Part shown: positions 11,635 to 23,800 of the stretch, one piece after another
Position numbering within the stretch: the stretch's first letter is position 1
Layout of the letters: the number at the start of each line of letters is the position of its first letter
Source: Massalongia carnosa
Lineage: Eukaryota
DNA length: 64,000 bases
Direction: 5' to 3'
Assembly (NCBI GenBank): GCA_965645245.1
Contig: OZ287076.1
Location: 682,001 to 746,000 of the forward strand
The notes under the pieces: generated by a model
Seen by the model: the letters and a program-made list of their open reading frames with translations, nothing else
Told to the model about the DNA's origin: nothing
Database searches by the model: none
Program-made: the position numbers and the translations under genes

Positions 11635-14174
11635 ATGGCAGCATTGCGTCAACTCTAAAAAACTGATGTCCACCTTCATCGACTGTTAATTCGATCCCAA
11701 GTCATTAGGTAACTTGATTTTGGGTTGATGAAAGGAGAATGAAACCCCTCAAGTGAGAGGAGTTTTGTAGGACTTGCCTATGGGAATACCGTATAGGTAC
11801 TCCGAGCTTTTGCCACTTAGGACTGTTGAATTTGATTGAGTTAAATTTCTCTAGGTAGAAAAGAGGCTCGTGGGTCGATCCCCCGGACTTAATTTCTTTC
11901 TGATTTTTTTATATCTTAACGCTCTTTAATATCATTGACGAATCTCTTCTTTTGTTGCAGGACTCAGCCTCTGCCCCCCAAGATGCACCCCTACCCGCGA
12001 TTTAGATGTATCAACCCATGCATGAGGCGTTATCTAAGCCTCTTTTGCTTTAGACAATAGTTTTGTGGCGTTTTTCTGTACTTAGTTTTCTTAAGCGCTA
12101 TTCTCTGTATAGTTAGATTGTGCGGGTGGCTGACCCGAGGAAAAGCCTTAATGAAAAGCCAATGCCGACATCTACAAGGTACTATCGCGTACTCGACACA
12201 GAGTTCAGAATAGGTATTCCATACTTCGTATCCAACATGCAGAATATTATGGTATGGCTCTTGATTTACTTGGGGTGAAAAGTCCTTTAGTCAGTACGAT
12301 AACCATCTCACTACATTCCTCCGAATGATCTGCACGGCTCGATTGCAAAGGTAACTAGTGTTTGGCCAAAAATGTTGGATGATCACGCAAAATCTCCCGT
12401 AATCAGCACCCGGTCCCAGAACTACACTGTATTTATTTTTGTTGTTGCAGCTCCCGATAAGGCTTCATTCACGTCCTAGAGCTGCTTATCAGGTGTTGGA
12501 CTTGAGTTTGCTGGCAATCAAGCAAAATTCCTTTAAGGGCCAGCGTATACGCCCAATTTTCAGTCATGGACTATCTCGCTATATTTACAATATCGCTTTC
12601 AGCACTGCCGATTATTTTCAGTATTTAGACCTCTGATATTCAGCCGTCTTCTGCTTTCATTGTTTTAATCAAGCCTAGAGTATCACATTATAGCCCAAGC
12701 TGAGGCCGCCATGTACACTCACCCGTTTGTAATGTTTTCGAATTCGAATATCTTCAAGGCAGGAACTCCTTCGAGAAAATTGATTGTTATTTACATCCTA
12801 CTTAGGTTATGGCCTACTCCTGTGGTTCCATCTTCTGAGCAGGGTAATGAAGCTCTGTTGTCAAAAACTGTATTGAATCTGTCCTCATATCAACCATCTG
12901 ATGCACTGGTCATGGTTCTATTTATTTTAGGATCACTCAAAGCACCATGCACCCCATCTCGAATCTTTCTCGACAGCTTCTGGTACATATGTTTACTTTC
13001 CAAATCGCGGCCTGTGGGGTTTGCGCTTGTTATGGACTGAAGAAAAAGCTTCAAGAGTTTAGCAAACCTTTGGCTGCCAGGGTGGTGGTCTTCATCATTC
13101 AACATAGCGAGGTCGTGGCCACCTATAGCTCAATTTACCTTAAATTTCCGTTCTCGAGCAGTTTTAGTCTTCGCAGCCTAACTTTTGCCAACCTGATTTA
13201 TGTGTGTATGTAACTGAGTTGCGGGACGCTTTCTATGGGATTGCCCAGGGGTATACAAAACCAAATGGGAAGAGTAGTTTTATAATGGCATTGTGTCAAT
13301 CGCAAAGTTTTGCTTCTTTACTTCTTTCCTTGGTTGACTAGCCTTGGCTACAGCTTATCTATTTTTCCTTTAAAAAGAAGCCGTTCAGGGAATCGCAAGA
13401 TGAGTTTCAGAGTATAGAGTAGCTGTTTATTTCCTGGTCTATAAGCAAACGAATACTATATACGCCTCTATCCTATTTTGCTTACGTGTCCCCAGAGAGA
13501 AAACTCTGAAAAGAGTGCTAGATACTCGTAAACAGTCAGAGATCTAGACTTTTCAGTTGTTCTGGGGAGCGGCAAACCACCAACAGAGGGATGCGTATGC
13601 AAAAACTATCAAAAACCTTACTATTAGGATTCACTACACATAGCAATCAAGGCTAAGTTGTGCTGGGCTCGGCCTGATCGCAGCATCATCAAAAGGCCCA
13701 ATCTTCGTCACCATGCTTGATCCAGTCTCCCCTAGCTGTAAATAATAACAAACTCTGACGCTTGAAGGAAGCAGATGAGTTGTGACAGAGTGAACTGGAC
13801 TCCAGCCAAGAAAACAAAAATGAGTCAGAGTTAAGATAGATTCAAAAGTGCCTAGCAAGTTTGATTTATCATTTGAAGAGATCATATGAATCAGCCCATG
13901 TGAAAATTCATTTCATGATTCGCCCTTAACCTTTTGATACTTAAACCTTTCGTTGCCTTCCCAATTCCTTCCATTGAAAACCCACTTTCTGACCTTTTCC
14001 ACAGTTCACGCCTCGCAATACATCAACGATAAATCATACTAGGCTTCCCGACTAAGCAACATACTTTACACCCCTCAATTTAGCCATCAGCTCTCATTTC
14101 GTTCTTGAATCCATCTCCCGCTTTAAACTCACATCAGATATCTTGGTCAACGAAGTCATCCTCCCTAATCAGCT

Positions 14175-15411
14175 ATGTCGCTCCTTCAACCCAATAACAT
14201 CAATAAAATTACGCAAGGCAAGGCAGACTTTCTCAGCTTCAAAGAAGACCTCTCTCGTGCCATCATCGGTGCCTTCCCCACGGGGAGAATGCCGTATAAC
14301 CGAGTGCGTGTGACTCTGGTACATTGGGACAATGATAACACGGGCTCCGCCGAATCTGTCGCGGAGATTCTGCAAGTTTTCCAGGATTATGGGTATGCCT
14401 GCAAGACGGCACTAATTCCAGCCCAATCTACTACCATCAATCCAGATAGATTTTTACAAAACCTCATGATCGATCTGGGGAGGGCAGGTGAATCTGGCGA
14501 CTTGACGATTTTTTATTATGCTGGCCATGGCTTTTGGGACGAGAAGCAGCAGGCTCTTGAGCTCCAGTAAGTCAATCTGATACCAAAAATGCTTGACTGT
14601 ACATTTAAATACTGACTCCAAAAATCTTAGGTCCGGGCCAATCCTCTCTCTCGACCCCTATGGCGTTCAGGTCTCTAAAAGAGGTATAGCCAGCTTTACC
14701 ACCCAACAGCGGGCGAATCTGGATCTTTCTGATGCTGCGGTACTTTATCTTCTTGACTCATGCCATGGATCGCCTGCAGCATTGAACGGAAATCGCGAGA
14801 TATTCGCGGCTACATCCATGGAGCTACCGACAGAAAATTCGTGAACCACTGAGCTTTGCCATCAGCTGAGGAGCACAAATCGCAAGCCTATCACCGTGGC
14901 GCAATTGCACGGCAAGATGATGAAGAGCTTTGCGGAGGGCCGGCTGGCTGTTACGCCAGTACATTCTGAGCTTACACCATCGATGGAGGGAAGCATCGTG
15001 CTTGCGCCAGTCGGAGGTTTCATCAGTCCTTACAAGCTTGATAATACAGAAGAGACTCGAGGAATGCCTATGGTTCTCAAATCTGTGCAGTTGCAGGATC
15101 TCACCAACCCGTCAAATGAGGAGGAATTCAAGAAGTGGTTGACGACCCACCGACCGTCGATGATACACTCAGTCAAGATTGAGGTAACCGGGTATCACAC
15201 GTCCTTCTCCGGCATCATCCTCCTTACAATTCCGGTCTCCGTCTGGGTCTGTCTGCGCGGTGATCTTGCGTACAGCTTCGTACGGTTTATTACTAGCGGG
15301 AACCTCGTCGATAGCTCGCTAGGCCTAGCTCAACGCCCTCGCTATCCTGGAGTCGAGAATTTGCCACCGGAGACGCCATCCTCGTCTTCATATTCGAAGC
15401 CTCTGAGATAA
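14175..15411 (+). pseudogene. Caspase-fold (peptidase C14-like) protein with a single in-frame TGA
   Basis: Y..V.V.LVHWDND, DLTIFYYAGHG (His), LYLLDSCH (Cys), EIFAAT, P.TVAQLH. Intron 14567-14630 joins ORFs 14175 and 14593 in frame. TGA 14842-14844 is in frame with ORF 14896 (ENS*TTELCHQL). Confidence 0.75.
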
Positions 15412-15713
15412 ATGACCTCCTAGGCTGGGGGAGAAGGCGAAGGAGGGTGAGGAAGGGAAAGTTGGGAAGGAAGAGGAATGTAATTTGTGCGGATAGAATG
15501 GCGTACGATCTGACACCGGGTGGATGAGCCTTGTGGAGGACTAGAGTGTAGATTATTTTTGATATGCATATGTCAAATGTCAGCTATACTGGCATTAACC
15601 AACATTGGTCAACGGGCCCGTCACATGCCCGTCACATGACATTGCCACCGCGGCACAGGTAAAAATTCTTCATCCCCCACATTCTTTCTTCCTTCGGAGA
15701 CATCTCTTGATCT

Positions 15714-18125
15714 TAGGGCTCCGATTTGAAAAGAACACTGAAAGTTTGCCTAACCCGATCGGGCGAAACTTTCACTGTCATCTTCATGAGTGATGGATTA
15801 TTTACAGGGGGGGAGGGGGTGGGTAGGGAGGTGCGGAAAGGGGGAAAAGCGGGGAAAAGTCAGCAAATAGTAAACTTAAAAAGTACGTAATTTTGCCGGT
15901 CATCGTCATATAATTAATTGTATGTATTTCTACTTATTCAACCCATGATCTCGCTGAATCACCTCCTATTTCTTGACTGGCCGGACGTTTCGATGACGTC
16001 AAGGACTCCTGAATGACAATTTCATCCTGCAGCAATCTGTCTTCCATTTCACATAGATCGCTTTCGTCAATGTCGATGCTAGCAAATTGTAACTTCTTTT
16101 TGATATCCCCAGGTCGGTTGAGGGTACGCTCATTCATGTAGATAAACATGAGTTTATCTACGCTTATCGAGCTCATGGAATTGCGCGTTTTATTCATGAT
16201 CAGATTCATTACCGACCAGCTTCTTTCGGCCAATACCGAATTACCAGGAAGTTTCATCACCTTTCTGGCTAAGCTGCTAAGGGTTAATGCAAAATTTCTG
16301 CTGAATGTCCAAAACAGCTCCGGATCCATTTGATACGTCCAGCATTCGGAGCTTGTATGAAAGCCATCTTCTTGATCGCGAAATGCGAGCCATTGCTTCA
16401 TGGCAGTAGCTGCCTCTGCACTAGTCAGATGTTGATTGAAAAATCTATGCATTAGCGGAGCAAATGTCGGCTCCGTAGATACGCCAATCACCTTTATAGC
16501 ATGATTCTGAGGAAGCAAAAGAGCTGCTACCACATGAAGCTCAGTAATCTGACTGAGATATCTGTCTTCCCAAATCACCTGAGCAATGTGATTCAAATCC
16601 GTCTCATCGTCTTCATTGGCAGCCATTGAATATAGATGAGATCGAATCTTATTCCAGGTGTTGGCTATGGTATAAAGTTTATGCTCTTCGGCCTCGGACA
16701 TGTATTGAAACTGATGTATGGGATCCATCACTTTCTTGACAATGGTCAGCTTTTTCCAAAAAGAAAAGTCATTGACGAAGCTTCTCAAAGAATTCTTTCT
16801 TCCCTGATCAATGCCGGGATTCTTTTGTTGAAAATAATCCAATAAGGCCTGCTGATTCCTGAGGACCGAGTTTAATAAGCCTATCGTCGTTCCCCATCTG
16901 GTAAGAACGTTAAGAATCAATGAACGACGTTGTTGATAGGCCTAGAAGTTTGATCATCAGAAAGGTTGGTCATCAGAAAGTTTAATAATTCAAGAATTTG
17001 GCATACCTTCATTTGATAACCCCTTAAAATGGACATTTCCTTATTCGACCCCCGAAAGCTGGTTACTATCAATTGTGCCTTTTCTATAACCTCCGAAAAG
17101 AATGGAAATTTCAGTATGTCTCCCATCAGCAATTGCAGACCATGACTGTCGCAGGGAACGAAAAACACGTGTTTCATCTCTGGAAATTTTGCTATCTCCG
17201 TCCACATAGCCTTCATGGTTGCACACGTATCAGTGGCAATGCAATTGATTCTCCAAAGCTGATCGTTGGTTGCTTCCCTACAACCTTTTATCACCCATTG
17301 AGCTTGAACGACAGCACTCATCTTCTCGGCAACACCAGCATCAGCTTTCAATTGAAATCCTCCTCCATTGGAGGTGGCGGACGGGGGAACATGACAACAG
17401 AGATTTATAACACGTTCTTTTCGAATGTTGGCTGTCTCGTCAGTGAAGAAGTTCAGGTAATTAGAAGCATTCAATTCCTTGATAACTTTCGATTTAACGA
17501 TGCCATAGATTTCGTCCAACAGCTTGCCAGCAACAAGGCCAGAATGAGGAGGTTTATAGCCCGGATTAAGTGCCTGATGATGAGCAATAACGTACGGATT
17601 TTCGAAGTGGTTAGATGGCAGATTTGTCATATAGACAGACATCGCAGCTGCTCGATGTGCTGATGCAATTTGGGCTTGATTAAGGGGACGAATCAACATA
17701 GTGATGGGCAGTTGAATAGAGGCATTACTGAGAATACCTTCTGTTTTCTAGCTTTCTCTTTTTGATAGGCATCACATTGATTTAGATGCTGTTGTCCCCT
17801 AGCAGCATTTCTGGTTGATTGATGACCGCAATGAATGCATTGATGTTGAGGATTTTTTAAGCCCTCAGTAATGATATCCTTGAAATTCTCATCTACCAGG
17901 TGATTTTTCTGACGTCCACCTCGTTGAGACATAATAGATGATAATAGAAAGATTCCTGATTATAAGTGCAATTACCTAGTAAATCGAGGTACTCCGATAT
18001 TCTACTAATTGTCGTATAAGTTATGTGTGCTTAGGTAATTAATTTCCAAAAATTCAGGGTCCATGTCAGCACGTGATGAATTTTTCGTGTCATCTTGTCA
18101 AAAGAGCGAAATTTTCGGAGCCCTA
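15714..18125 (-). mobile_element. Full-length hAT DNA transposon (2412 bp)
   Basis: 11-bp TIRs TAGGGCTCCGA (15714-15724) and TCGGAGCCCTA (18115-18125); perfect 8-bp TSD CTTGATCT (15706-15713, 18126-18133); encloses a hAT transposase. Confidence 0.95.
15934..17932 (-). CDS. hAT transposase (BED finger, DDE, C-terminal dimerisation domain), one intron and one frameshift
   Basis: BED-like CIHC..HLNQC; FFTDET, IATDT, PCDSHGLQL, TRWGT, PGNSVLAERSWS. Intron 16942-17006 joins YQMK/AYQQRRSL in frame. A 1-nt frame break between 17747 and 17693 separates the BED region from the rest. Confidence 0.88.
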
Positions 18126-19099
18126 CTTGATCTATCCCCTGGCGGCATACCTAGCTAGAAAATCATCTATAGATCAATGCCATTCATTTCACCTCATCTG
18201 GTCAAGACGTAAATCATCTAAACTGATCATCAGGGCAAAAAGCCTCAGAGCATATAATCGACTATTGAATCGGCGAGATGAATGAAACATTATCCTATCC
18301 AGTTATGTTCTACGTATCCCAGACTGCCCTAGAGCGCCTACCTTGAGAACACGTTCAAAGCACGTATCCAGGTAATCTGCTGCACAAGCCCCTCGCCGGC
18401 ACAACAACCCCAACATTTCTAAAACAAAAAGTCGATTCGAGAATGCGTTACCTAAGGTACCAAGATCTTTCACCGGTAGGTAAGTAGCCCAAATCAACCC
18501 GTGAATCAAGAGCAATGAAATTTCGCCTTATTCCAAAAATCCGATTTAAAGCGGTTTCGGTTTTCCTAATCAAATATTTGTTGAATATCCAGTCTGGAGT
18601 TTGAAATTGTTGGTGTGTGCATCTCTGTACTCATGGTCATATCCCGTAACATTAAGGCTAACTAACATCGGTTTAATAACAGCATGAATTCAAAACGCCA
18701 AACGTTCCGGAATCGTCGTCGTCGTCGTAGTCATAGTTGCCGCAGTCTGAATGCTATATCAATCTCATTAGCCCTGTAGGTAAGGAGGGGTGAAACATGC
18801 GCTAGAGAGGTCATTAGGGTTAGGGCTACGGTCTTGGCACATACGGGCTGCAAGGAGCCCGTTCGGCAAACTTTCATTCTCTGCATCTTTTCTACATACT
18901 CTGTACATGAATTTGCATGACAGAGTCACTCTAGGCTTCTTCGATGTTTACTTTTAGATGGGAGAAGAAGAACATTGAGACGACGAAATGGAAAAGAATA
19001 AAGGAAGAGATGTAAAAACCCAAGAAGAGAAAAACGCCCGGTTCAAGTCTGGTATCAACAAGTGAAATTCTCAACCAAAAGCCAGATAACTCCGAAAAG

Positions 19100-20014
19100 T
19101 TATCTCTGAATATACCAATTCTTGCATTTATGCCCCGGCGTTTGCGGCATTTTTTTCTGACGATCAGGTTAAATCAACGCACGAGACCTGCAAAAGCCGT
19201 CTCAACTTACCAGAAATAGATAACAGCACCAGTCCTTGAACGGATTGCAGCCGGCCGTCCCTGACACCATTAGATGCTCGGCAATCTTGAAAAGGATCGT
19301 CGATCGCGCATTTGAAAGAGGGAAAAAAGACAAAAAGACAAAAAAAAAAAAACTCACAAGCCTTACACCAGTAGACTAGAAGCCAAGAGCCATCTATGGA
19401 CTGACTGATGGGGGGGCCGTTGCAACAGACTCGTTCGGGAAAATTGGGATCCTTGCAGCTGTTGTTATCGTCGTCTGCGGTTTCAGCTGTTGTACCACCT
19501 GGCATCTCCTCGTCGGAGTCTGGCCGAACAATTCGTGGCGTTCTTGGTTTAGAGGGATCGGTCACCGCGCCTTCATCCAGGCTCGGGCAGAACTTGCTGT
19601 TGTCGCTACTAGCGGTGGCGTCGTTGACACTTCCCCCTTTGGGCATTCCTTTGTCCGCCGCGTACGTTTTGTCGCGCGGTTCGTCTTGGCAGGAACTGGC
19701 GATTGCGTTCAATGAATCCGCGAAGAGGAACGATTCGTCGATCAAAGGTTTTTTTTTCAAGTCGACTGCCTTCGATGCAACTGATACATCTTGGTCAGGG
19801 GCGATCTGATTGGAATCAATCAAGTCAACAGGCGCTATATATAAAAGATTAATGAGCTTTCCGTACGGATATGCGGATCAACACGGTTAAATATGATATA
19901 TACGGTTTACACACCATCGTCGATGTTGATTGGAAAGAAATTATCCAGGAAAGAATCCGAAGCGACCATCGTGGGCAAGATTGCAAGAAGACCAAAGGCT
20001 AGAGAAAAAAACAT
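19100..20014 (-). CDS. Secreted 227-aa protein with acidic linker and C-terminal 8-Cys hydrophobin-like module, 4 exons
   Basis: Signal-peptide-like MFFSLAFGLLAILPTMVAS. Exons 20014-19915, 19834-19358, 19260-19211 and 19156-19100 have GT-AG boundaries and consistent phases (684 nt). C-terminal pattern C-x9-CC-x18-C-x6-C-x6-CC-x14-C. Confidence 0.75.
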
Positions 20015-20835
20015 GACGGCTTCGTGATCGAGAGGAGTTCGGAGATTCTGACGCTTATTGTATTTAAATATCGAAGATTGACTTTCGGTTGGCACGTTAT
20101 GCTCCGGCATCCCCCTCTCTGCGCGCCGTTCGCATTAGCTCCATCGAGTCAAAGGCAGCTTTTCTTGTTACCGACGGAAGAACCTAGTAGGTAACCAGCT
20201 AGTCCAATAGTAATACCACCCTATTCCATACTACGTACCTACATAGGGCGCCAACGAAAAGACCCATCTCAAAACGTCACATGCGTGCCAGGGTGAGACG
20301 GATAGCCTACCACAGATCTAGACTTAACCGAACCTACATCCCCCTCCCCATGCTTCCATCATCCCTGCTTCTTTACCCCTTTTCCTCCGATCCTCACCTT
20401 CCCTTCCGTCTCCCCAGCTTCCTCCCATGTATCTCCCCACGGTCAAATATCTGCTCAGTACGTCTCCCTCCCCCAACCCGGATCAAGGGCATATGATCTA
20501 CCCCTTGATCATGTAGGTCGAGTTCCGCACCCGCACTCGATATCCAGGGCTGAAACCCCAACAAGAAAGCCAATAACCGCAATCAAATCGCATGTCAAAT
20601 CCACCCAGCCCATATGCTTTTGACCTCCAAGCAGAAATAATCGAGGCCGTAGTGCCGGTATAGCTTTTGGGTCTATAACGGCGATAAGCTATACAGTAGT
20701 AAGCATTCTCTTAGCACGCTAAGCGCCGATTCTCAGGTGACTGTGACAGATCGGCTAGTCTCGTTTGAGGAAAGGGTTCCTTTGGCGAAAAATGGCGTAT
20801 TTGGCTTCGCCAAGGCTGAGACATTTGATTGATTT

Positions 20836-20885
20836 GATTTGATTATTCTTACGCTGTTGTGTCACCGGCCGAAGGCCGGCCCATG
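20836..20885 (-). mobile_element. 50-bp extreme 5'-truncated non-LTR retroelement (3' hairpin plus microsatellite tail)
   Basis: Minus strand CATGGGCCGGCCTTCGGCCGGTGACACAACAGCGTAAGAATAATCAAATC; 13-bp TSD ATTTGATTGATTT (20823-20835, 20886-20898); first 22 nt identical to the 3' end of the LINE at 56905-56926. Confidence 0.85.
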
Positions 20886-23800
20886 ATTTGATTGATTTAT
20901 ATTCCCCAAATTATTTATTTACCAGAGTAAAGTATGGATCCACACCGTGAGCCAAAATTTCAGCATCACCAACCCATTCCAACCCCTTTGTAGCCGATCT
21001 GCTCTCCTGATGTCGATTCCAGTTTGCCAACGGTGCGCCAATGGGACCTGCTGCTGTTACGGTGTAGGTCGCATCAATGGTGATTCCCCGAAGCGCCAGC
21101 ACCAGGTCGAGCGAAACCCAGGGTTCCGGGGCTATGAATCCGCGGTCGTGTGGGAAGAAGCAGTCTCCGGGGGTCGAGCTCAGTTCCAGGTCAGCCATGC
21201 TGCTAGACGCGCCCTGACATCGTTGCGGTTATCTCATCGGCATCGGGCAACTTGGACTAGATGTTGTTCCACCTGGCCGGCCTTGATTAGCTCTAGTTCT
21301 CCTTGGCGGGCCCCTTGCCCGAGCTACGGGAATCGTGTTGGAGACTGTAGTCCTGGCTTGGTCCTACGATGCTTGGGTTGGGTCTCTCTGGCTTGCTCGA
21401 AAAATGTGCGAGCTTGGGGCGAGCGATAATCGGTAGGCGGAAGCCGGTTGCTGATAGCGGAAGAGGTAAACGGTAGGGGCTCTTTGCAAGGTTTTGCGGG
21501 GTGTGGTGATATGGGTTTTCATCGATACTAGCAAGCAGCTGTCTGGTCGTTGAATTTATTACTCGGTGAAGCGGTTTCTGGTGAGATATCGCGGCCATTT
21601 GAGGGGATTTGGTTTGGGATGATGTTCTGAAGGTCTTTGTGGTGAGGCCTCACGAGATGTAGCCAAATAAACCGGTTGATCATATTGTTACTACCAATAT
21701 TTGTTGAATCTATGTTCCAGTTGCAGGCAATGATTTAACCCGCCAACCAGCTTCCAAGCCTATCACGAGGAGTAATGGTGTCCAAGGCCTTGACATATTC
21801 CTAGTATTTAGGAGACCAACCGCATATTTTTAATCGATGCGTCCCTTGATCCTACCTATCTTTTCGATACCGGAGCTCCTAGTAAGATCACAGGAAGGAG
21901 CGCTCATGAATTACGATACTCCTTCCCCATCCCAATAGTAGACGTAGTCTTCGACTTCCCAATGAAGCAACTATGGAAGATGGAATATGTTAGCTTACTT
22001 CTTCATCTTTAAGAATGAGTCTTCACTTATTTACGTTTTCCATCTTTTACATTGCTCACTCAATGTACCCCTTTCGCTATCACCTTCCTTCCGCTCCCAT
22101 TTATGATAGATACCGCTTCTGTTAAAAGATCCGTTGGAGGATCTTCCTGCAATGCTTTTGATGCGGCATCTTCGAACCCCTATGTCAATTGCCCTCGGCT
22201 TCCAGGGCTCGCTCGGTCAACCACCTGGTTGGTATGCAATTTTAAGCAATGTGCTGAAGCATCATGCCATGAGAGTGGCCATCACTGATTTTCTTCCCCA
22301 GCATCAAGTCTCTCTATCAACGCCCTCAATCGAAACGTTCCCTCCGCCTAGCAGCGCCCAGCATCAACCTCGTCCCCATAAGTGCTCTGGCTGAGCAAGG
22401 TACACATTTCAGCGTACTACCCACAGCAAGCGCGGCAGCCTTGCATCATGCTAATCATCTGACCATGGCTAACCCTATTTTCCAGCGTGGACATTCTCAC
22501 TACCATCTATATCAGGGACTCAGAGCTTGCTGCCGTTCATCTGGGAACGGTAATTTGGCAAGGACTGCAAAAGATATACATGCACCATCACCGTCCCTGA
22601 TATCGAAAGAGCCCTCGCGTTTCTGACTATTGACAGTCATCGATTAACGTATGAAACCGTCGCCCACAGAGATGGGAGAGGCCTCATGTCGCTGGTTGCG
22701 ATGATCAGAAAGGCCAGTATTCGGTCCCCCAATCTGGATCAATGATGAAAGTATTTTGAGTCCGAGCCAGCACCAATCCCCCGCAATGATGAAAAACGTT
22801 ACGACTTTCAAAGTGTTGGAGAAGCACTCGCTCTAACACTGGGGAATTAATAGGTTTTTGAAGAATCGCCAAGAAACAGCACAAGCACGTGCTAATGGAG
22901 GCGGTGCTGTTCCCGGCGTAAGTTCGCTTCCTAACCAGGCTTCCCATTCTTTAACTAATCATACTTCAAAGCTTTTCCGTTGTCCAGGTCTCTCGCTCGA
23001 GCATCCTGGAGCCCTATTGGGCGGAACCACCTCTTCAAAACTAAGTTAGATAGGGAGCGAACTCGAATCCGAGCGCTATAGGTACTCGTAGCGCCAGAAA
23101 GTGAGTTCGCTCCTCAATATAGTTATGTCGAATACAAGGTATATTGAAAAATTGGGTTAACAGATTTGTTCTGATTATCATCGAAGAACTCTCATAGTTG
23201 CTTGATTGCCGAAGTTTTATTGATTGAATTGAGAAATGACATTACTTCCTATTCGAGGTAATAAAAGAGCAAAGAAAACTAAAGTCTAGAAAATCATATG
23301 AAATTACCCGCCTCCTCGTGCCTTTGAAAGTGAATCAGACATACGAAAGTCCTTGTTTCTTTTGCATAGCAAGGGAACTCACTTTTGAGCGCTACGAGTA
23401 AAGTCCACGTTTTCTGCGACATCGATATTGGCACCAAAGTGGGCCGGCGCTTTTCGAACTTTTTGTTGTACGAAAGGCATAGTGAAGGCTAGTAATGATA
23501 TGTTTCTTCGGGTACACAGTACGGTTCGTCCGTCAATTGAGGTTCCTGGAAAATCCTGTCGGGAGTTTTCCTTAAATCTTCTCGGGATTCCAGACAAGTT
23601 TGAGGTTAGATAGACATATTAACTGCAGGCAAATTCATCTCCTTCGATAGTGCGGTGAATGAGATAAGTTCAGTCTTGATAAACTTGATTCGACCATCAG
23701 TTCGCAAAAGAGATGTAGTTAATCTTCTCGTCTAGCGAATTAAGTTTGTATTTTTCAAGAGTTTCAAGGGCCGGGTCTGATATCTAGATATTTAGAGCGT

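Noticed and set aside
17729..17738. Possible GT..AG micro-intron (gtattctcag) fixing the hAT frameshift
   Set aside because: 10 nt is far too short and has no branch site.
18814..18825. TTAGGGTTAGGG telomere-like repeat
   Set aside because: Only two units; expected by chance, with no subtelomeric context.
20911..21598. Minus-strand ORFs adjoining the 50-bp LINE end, first read as the LINE body
   Set aside because: They lie outside the 13-bp TSD and show no RT, RNase H or CCHC motifs; at most an unrelated decayed ORF.
22000..23800. Short ORFs upstream of the DUF2985 gene's 3' flank
   Set aside because: No recognisable motifs or consistent exon structure.
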